Shown here piece by piece: positions 9,895 to 14,550 of a stretch of 14,550 nt of DNA. This DNA is from Planctomycetota bacterium. Lineage in GTDB: Bacteria; Planctomycetota; Planctomycetia; Pirellulales; Lacipirellulaceae. Under the pieces are notes generated by a model. That model was given only the letters and a program-made list of their open reading frames with translations, ran no database searches and had not been told where the DNA came from. Positions within the stretch are counted from its first letter, which is position 1, and each line of letters starts with the position of its first letter. Both the position numbers and the translations under genes were made by a program. The stretch is from the NCBI GenBank assembly GCA_039190745.1, contig JBCCXZ010000079.1, positions 1 to 14,550 on the forward strand, given 5' to 3'.

Positions 9895-10170
9895 AACGAA
9901 TCCACCAGGAAAACCCCCATGGAACTGCCTACAAGTGCGTGGATTAGGGCGATCAGCACAACTTTTCGGATTATTCCGATTTTGAGCACAGCCCAGGCCT
10001 CTGCCGCGACGATAACCCTTCCGAGTGCTGGTTCTCGGGGGGGCTACCCGGGCACACGGAAGCAAGCATTGCAGGCAGGTCGGATCGGTACCGAACCACC
10101 GGCGATGCGTCTTCGGCGTGCCCCCGGCCAGCGACAGCCAATGGCTGCCGCGGCCCCGAGGGATCGACGG

Positions 10171-11556
10171 ATGAACTCCCCTAGCGCTGCCAACCAGGTT
10201 GTCACGACCCGTCTCCGCGTGTCGTCCCGCCTCGCCCTCCTAGCGATAGTCGCCGTCCATGCCGTGGTCGATAGCGCTCCCCGCGCAACCGCCCACGACA
10301 CGGGTGTTCAGCACGTGCACTTCAAGGCGCCAAATGGCTCGCAGAAGTCCACAGCTCGGTCCGCCCCCAGGCAGGAAGTAGACGCGCTCTTCGATGAGCA
10401 GAGCAGTCAGCCAACAGCGAAACAGGCACGCCGCGCCAAGCCGCGGAGCCGCGCAGCGGCCGCCGTCCGCACCCAGCCGGTCAACCACCGCGTCCGTCGC
10501 GACAACTCTGTACGCAGGACCTCCAAAAATGCCTCCGAGGGGTCGATTGTTGTCGATCCTCAACCGATTTATTCCAAGCACCCGGTTGGCTCAGCCGGCT
10601 GCGACACGTGCGGCATTGGCGGTTGCGGCTACGAGATCGGATGCGGCATCGCCGAACCGGCATGTGGTTGCGGAGAACCCGCGTGCGGCATCTGCGAGCC
10701 GACCTGCGGCTGCGGCGACGTCACCTGCGGCGGCTGCGTGCAGAACACCGGGCCCGACTACTGGTGCTTCCCGGTCTGCCTGCCGCGTTTGAAGTACCTC
10801 AACCTGTCGCTCGGCACGCAGGGCTTCCGCGGGTCGCGAGACTTCCTCGGGGGAGCGAGCGACTCGAACTTCGGATTCAACCAAGCCGTCAACGTCGGCG
10901 GCCGCCTGCCCCTCATCGGCCTCGTCTACCCGCAGCTCAGCTACCAGTTGGGCTACCGCGCGGTGCAGTCGCGGCTCTCGGGCACGGTGACCGACAACGA
11001 CGACCGCGCCCAGCAGTTCCTTACCTTTGGCATCTTCCGCCGCACAAACGTCGGGTTCCAGTTCGGCGGCGCCTTCGACCTGCTGCGGGACGACTTGATC
11101 ACCGAACAGGACTTCCACCAGATCCGCACCGAGTTCTCGATCAAGAGCCGCAAACGCCGCGAGTTCGGCATCACCACCGCGACGCACACCAACACGGTTA
11201 CCATCGGGGGCCTGCCGCTGCAGTCGGTTGACCAGTACCTGCTGTTCTACCGCTGGCATTTCCGCAACGGCGGGGAGTCGCGCGTTTGGGGCGGCGTCTC
11301 CGACGACGACGAGGGCATCTTCGGCGCCGAGTGGAACTTGCCTCTCAACGACCGTTGGTCGCTGCAAACCGGTTTCAACTACCTGATCCCCGACGAGGGC
11401 GCCGGCCCGGCCGCCGTGGCCGAAGAGGGCTGGAACGTGGGGATCAACCTCGTCTGGCACCTCCGCGGCATGGCCCGCAAGGGATGCCGCAGCCCGTTCC
11501 GGCCGCTGTTCAACATCGCCGACAACGGCACGATGTTCGTCGATATCCAGCCGTAG
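10171..11556 (+). CDS. Secreted planctomycete-type protein (DUF6666-like), ~461 aa: signal peptide, basic low-complexity linker, Cys-rich repeat, beta-strand-rich C-terminal domain
   Basis: ATG 10171 is preceded by GAGGGA; the ORF track extends to 9919 but that part looks non-coding. The N-terminus RLRVSSRLALLAIVAVHAVV..ATA resembles a signal peptide. The C-terminus has amphipathic beta strands (NFGFNQAVNVG, QQFLTFGIFRR, FQFGGAFDLLRD, WNVGINLVW) and ends RPLFNIADNGTM. The family label is from recall, not a search. Confidence 0.85.
   Translation: MNSPSAANQVVTTRLRVSSRLALLAIVAVHAVVDSAPRATAHDTGVQHVHFKAPNGSQKSTARSAPRQEVDALFDEQSSQPTAKQARRAKPRSRAAAAVRTQPVNHRVRRDNSVRRTSKNASEGSIVVDPQPIYSKHPVGSAGCDTCGIGGCGYEIGCGIAEPACGCGEPACGICEPTCGCGDVTCGGCVQNTGPDYWCFPVCLPRLKYLNLSLGTQGFRGSRDFLGGASDSNFGFNQAVNVGGRLPLIGLVYPQLSYQLGYRAVQSRLSGTVTDNDDRAQQFLTFGIFRRTNVGFQFGGAFDLLRDDLITEQDFHQIRTEFSIKSRKRREFGITTATHTNTVTIGGLPLQSVDQYLLFYRWHFRNGGESRVWGGVSDDDEGIFGAEWNLPLNDRWSLQTGFNYLIPDEGAGPAAVAEEGWNVGINLVWHLRGMARKGCRSPFRPLFNIADNGTMFVDIQP
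10600..10737 (+). repeat. Coding Cys-rich heptad repeat (CGxxEPx)n
   Basis: CDTCGIGGCGYEIG-CGIAEPA-CGCGEPA-CGICEPT-CGCGDVT-CGGC: 12 Cys in 46 aa, 21-nt periodicity. Confidence 0.9.
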
Positions 11557-11625
11557 GGCACTAGGTCCGGGGTCCCCCCGGGCAGGCCGGATATCCGGAA
11601 AACTCCCAAATTTGTACCCCGATCA

Positions 11626-11738
11626 GTGGTGCGGAACGCCGAAAGGCAAGTTATGCTGTGGGGCTACCGGAAACGGATCGGCCTGAGCTGGGCTCGCCGG
11701 AACCGCTTCCACCCACCTGCTGTGAGACCAATACAGCA
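11626..11738 (+). ncRNA. Candidate structured RNA (unassigned) upstream of the 88-aa gene
   Basis: Two GAAA-capped hairpins (GCC-GAAA-GGC at 11638-11647 and CCG-GAAA-CGG at 11667-11676), a third hairpin GAGC-tgg-GCTC and a closing helix 11626-11634/11703-11712. It does not match any riboswitch consensus I recognise. Confidence 0.35.
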
Positions 11739-11797
11739 CCCCCAACCGTAGACGGCCAGCACTCTGCTCGAGCCGTCGCCAATCTGGAGTAGAAGCG

Positions 11798-12064
11798 ATG
11801 AACAGCGTACAGGCTCACTGGGAGGACGAAGAGAACAACCGCCGCATCGAGTTCGCGGTCCAGGCCACCCGCGGCCAGGACGGCGTAGAGATCCAATCGC
11901 TCACTCCCCAGCGCGTCACCTTCGTCTGCCCGCACACCAACGACGACCTCCGCTCGGTCGGCGTCTGGACCGAGAAGGGCCGCGAGCTGCTGGTCGACCA
12001 GCTGCACAACAGCGGCAGCTTCTCCGACCTCGAGCAGCAGATCGAGTCGGGTCTGGCCGTCTAG
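11798..12064 (+). CDS. Small acidic hypothetical protein, 88 aa
   Basis: ATG preceded by GGAG, strongly GC-biased third positions, and globular-looking sequence (WEDEENNRRIEF...PQRVTF...VGVWTEKGRELL). Confidence 0.85.
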   Translation: MNSVQAHWEDEENNRRIEFAVQATRGQDGVEIQSLTPQRVTFVCPHTNDDLRSVGVWTEKGRELLVDQLHNSGSFSDLEQQIESGLAV

Positions 12065-12106
12065 CACGGCCTTCGGCTCTAGACTCTCAGGCAGACGTCC
12101 GTCGAA

Positions 12107-12151
12107 ACAGGGGCCCGTCCAGACAGGGGCCCGTCCAGACAGGGGCCCGTC
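12107..12151. repeat. 16-bp tandem direct repeat x2.8 between convergent genes
   Basis: ACAGGGGCCCGTCCAG at 12107-12122 and 12123-12138, plus a 13-nt partial copy at 12139-12151. Confidence 0.92.
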
Positions 12152-12160
12152 GGTGCCCCC

Positions 12161-13411
12161 CTACTTCTCGTCCACCGGAACCACTCGGATGGGCTGCGGC
12201 GGTGAGCCGGGCTGCGCCTGTTGGTATGGGGCTTTGTCCTCTGCAGGGGCCGGCGCCTTCGGAGGGGCCGGTTTCGCGTTCGGCAAGATCGGCGGAGCCG
12301 TAGGCACGATGCGCAATTGGTGCCCGCCGTGTATTGCTCGCTGCTCGCCCACAAACTTCGGCGTGCCCTGCCAGGCGTCGAACGTCACCTCGACCAGCCG
12401 CTCTTCCTCGCCCTTCCGCACGACCAACTCGACCGAGTCGCCGGGCTGCTTGCCCTTGATCAGGTCGGTGAGCGACTTGAAGTTCTCGACCTCTTCGCCG
12501 TCGATCTTCAGGATCAGGTCGTTCGGCCTCAGGCCGGCCCGAGCCGCGGGGCTGTTGACCATCACCCGGCCGATCAGCGCGCCCTTCTCGCCCCGGAACT
12601 GCCCGTCGCCGATGCCCAGCCGGGCGCCCAACCGCACGTCCGGTTCCAGCCCGGGGCGTAGCCGCTTCAGCTCCGCCAGCCCTTCCGGTGTGACGCCCGT
12701 GCCGAACAGCTCGAGCGCCCGCAGGTTGGGGATCGACGCCAAGGTTTCCAGCACGAGGTCGTCCGCGTCGGGGGTATACAGGCTCACTTTCGCCGCGCTC
12801 CGCACGTCGGCCAGGTGACGCAGGCCTTCTTTCCCGCCCCGCCAAGAGCTGCCAATCGTGACCTGCATCTGCACGCCGACCCGGTTGTTCGGAAACACAT
12901 AGGCAGAATTGACCGGGCCGAGCTCCGCACCGAGCCGGGTGAGCTCAGCGACCGCTTCTTGCTCGCGCACCACGGCCAGGTGCTCCTGAGCGACCCCGGC
13001 CTCCAGCGGGCGGTTTTTCAGCCCCGCCAGCGCCTCCAGGGCTTCCAGACGCAGCTCGGCGTGCGACTCGTCTTCGGCCCATTGCATGAGCACGGCCACC
13101 GCCCGCGAGGAACCCTCCAAAGAGTCCCCCGCAGCCGCGCCGGCGACCGTGTGCAGGGCGGCGGGCCCCATAGCAGCGAGCCGAGTCTGTGCCGACTGCC
13201 GCGTCGTGAAGTCGTCGCTTTCGAGTTGTTCGATGAGCAGAGCCGGGTCCGGCTGGTCTGCGACCGGGTCGGCCCAAGCCGAACCGCACAGGTGCAGCGC
13301 CCCCGCAACCAGGCACGCCCGCAGCAAGCCGGCGCGGACGGCCGTCAGCCAAGCCACGGGGCGTGGCTGAGCGGCTAGTCGGTAAGCGGCGTTGAGCTGA
13401 GCTTCGTGCAC
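12161..13411 (-). CDS. Exported PDZ-domain protein with HEAT-like and LRR-like segments, ~416 aa
   Basis: GTG start with AGGAGAAC RBS. Signal-like segment (LLRACLVAGALHLCGSAWA), HEAT-like LIEQLESDDFTTRQSAQTRL, LRR-like LASIPNLRALELFGTGVT, PDZ ARLGI...VMVNSPAARAGLRPNDLILKIDG...PGDSVELVVR, and a Pro-rich tail. Confidence 0.88.
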   Translation of the reverse strand: MHEAQLNAAYRLAAQPRPVAWLTAVRAGLLRACLVAGALHLCGSAWADPVADQPDPALLIEQLESDDFTTRQSAQTRLAAMGPAALHTVAGAAAGDSLEGSSRAVAVLMQWAEDESHAELRLEALEALAGLKNRPLEAGVAQEHLAVVREQEAVAELTRLGAELGPVNSAYVFPNNRVGVQMQVTIGSSWRGGKEGLRHLADVRSAAKVSLYTPDADDLVLETLASIPNLRALELFGTGVTPEGLAELKRLRPGLEPDVRLGARLGIGDGQFRGEKGALIGRVMVNSPAARAGLRPNDLILKIDGEEVENFKSLTDLIKGKQPGDSVELVVRKGEEERLVEVTFDAWQGTPKFVGEQRAIHGGHQLRIVPTAPPILPNAKPAPPKAPAPAEDKAPYQQAQPGSPPQPIRVVPVDEK

Positions 13412-13492
13412 TGCGGCGGTTCTCCTGCTGGCATTGTGGCAGGGAGCTACCAGCGGCTCCAGCCGAATCGTAGGCGGAGCCCCCCGACGGGG

Positions 13493-14197
13493 CTATTGGC
13501 CGGCGTCGGAATCACCGCCAGAGAGCCGCTCCACAGCGGGAATCCGCAGGATGACCCACAGGCCGACCGCCGCGACGAAGCAGAAAACCGCCTTGAGCCA
13601 GACCGCCGCCGGGCCGAACGCGAGCGTCGACGACACGACAAGAACCAGCAGCAAGACCGCTTTCCTGCGGGCGGCGGGCCGAATGCCGCGTTGCGACTGC
13701 CAGTCCCGCAGCAACGGACCGAAGGTCCGGCTCGTGAGCAGCCGGTGGTGCAAGCGGCGTGAGCTCCGAATCAGCAACCAGCTCGTCAGCAGCAGGAACG
13801 GGGTCGTGGGCAGCCCCGGCAGCAGTACCCCCAACGCCGCGAGCAGAAAGGCCCCCGCCGCCCCGGCCAGGTAAACCGCCTTCCGAACACCGATCGCGTG
13901 CGGCGGGGCCGCGACGTAGCAAACCCCTCCGTCCCGGTGCTCGGTCCAAGAGACCGCCTCGACGGGCTCTGCCGCCTCCGCCCGACGCTCCGCCTCGTCG
14001 AACGACAGGCGTTCCACCCGCCGGTCCCGCCACCGCAGGACAAACTCGCGTTGCTGAGGCCGCAGCAGCACCGAGCAAACCCGCTTCCCCGCGAGCAGAC
14101 GCTCCGCCCAGCCTTCGAGCGGCTGCGTGGTCGCATCGGGTGCCGCAGCGGTTGGCAGTGTGCTAGTTGGCAGTGTGGTGGCTGGAAGTGCGGTCAT
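13493..14197 (-). CDS. YbaN/DUF454 family inner-membrane protein with a ~100-aa N-terminal extension
   Basis: Signature LGVLLPGLPTTPFLLL..W...RSSRRLHHRLLTSRTFGPLLRDWQSQRGI. The start is uncertain (ATG 14197; the ORF track starts at 14230). Confidence 0.88.
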   Translation of the reverse strand: MTALPATTLPTSTLPTAAAPDATTQPLEGWAERLLAGKRVCSVLLRPQQREFVLRWRDRRVERLSFDEAERRAEAAEPVEAVSWTEHRDGGVCYVAAPPHAIGVRKAVYLAGAAGAFLLAALGVLLPGLPTTPFLLLTSWLLIRSSRRLHHRLLTSRTFGPLLRDWQSQRGIRPAARRKAVLLLVLVVSSTLAFGPAAVWLKAVFCFVAAVGLWVILRIPAVERLSGGDSDAGQ

Positions 14198-14460
14198 TGC
14201 AAAAAAACCGTGGCGGCAAGTCCAAAACAACCGCTGGCGCGGCAGCGGTCCACTAGATTTCTAGGCCGTGGTTCGCCCGTCTGCCGCGTCGAAGTAGGGC
14301 CACAAACGCCGGACGATCCAACCCCTGCCCGCAGCACCTGCGCCACCCCAATCGCCCGACCCTTCATCGGTTATCGTGGCGGACGGCTTTCGGATTTGGA
14401 TAATAGCCGCCGAGGCGAGCTCCGCAGCAACCTGTGAAAAAATGAGTCAGGCGGTTCGAC

Positions 14461-14550
14461 GTGTTGAAACTGGAGGCGATCGGGAGCGGCCCCGAATTAG
14501 AACGGCTCATCGCGCAGGCGAAGCAATCCGGCCACGAGGTGGCACGCTCA
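14461..14550 (+). CDS. Possible N-terminus of a gene running off the window (MLKLEAIGSGPELERLIAQAKQSGHEVARS), Rossmann-like beta-alpha-beta start
   Basis: Open frame from GTG 14461/TTG 14464 to the window end. The pattern K-L-x-A-I-G-x-G, helix, GHEV resembles the start of a dinucleotide-binding fold. Only 30 codons are visible. Confidence 0.45.
   Translation, partial: MLKLEAIGSGPELERLIAQAKQSGHEVARS

Noticed and set aside
9919..10170. 84-codon N-terminal extension of the 545-aa ORF
   Set aside because: Atypical codon usage; the RBS and signal peptide point to ATG 10171.
9368..10170. Sigma54 (-24/-12) or sigma28 promoter for prkA or the secreted protein
   Set aside because: I found no correctly spaced TGGCAC-N5-TTGC by eye; CCGATA-like hexamers lack a matching -35.
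11587..11598. Perfect 12-bp palindrome CCGGATATCCGG after the secreted-protein gene
   Set aside because: Single occurrence in GC-rich DNA with no U-tract on the plus strand; no function can be supported.
12107..12151. Possible CRISPR array
   Set aside because: The 16-bp units are directly adjacent with no spacers, and there are no cas genes.
14442..14550. ORF from ATG 14442 (MSQAVRRVETGGDRERPRIR...)
   Set aside because: Arg-rich and not protein-like; the frame from GTG 14461 is more plausible.

Overview
This is a high-GC bacterial chromosomal window, probably from a planctomycete (Pirellulales-like); that assignment is inferred from gene content. From left to right it contains: (1) a minus-strand nucleotide-salvage cluster, upp - CNT/NupC nucleoside transporter - hpt (hpt is cut by the window edge); (2) coproheme decarboxylase chdC/hemQ; (3) a minus-strand operon, prkA/yeaG (AAA+) - yeaH (vWA/MIDAS) - 71-aa orphan - spoVR/ycgB - 166-aa orphan, with both orphan ORFs translationally coupled to spoVR and a ~240-bp AT-richer segment bounded by long inverted repeats between prkA and yeaH; (4) a ~800-bp divergent, hairpin-rich intergenic region; (5) a secreted protein with a Cys-rich heptad repeat and a beta-rich (DUF6666-like) C-terminus; (6) an 88-aa hypothetical gene preceded by a candidate structured RNA with two GAAA tetraloops; (7) a secreted HEAT/LRR/PDZ protein, a YbaN/DUF454 membrane protein and a possible partial ORF at the right edge. 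I saw no rRNA, tRNA, CRISPR array or transposase. The best leads are the extended PrkA-YeaH-SpoVR system, the inverted-repeat-bounded insert and the candidate RNA motifs.
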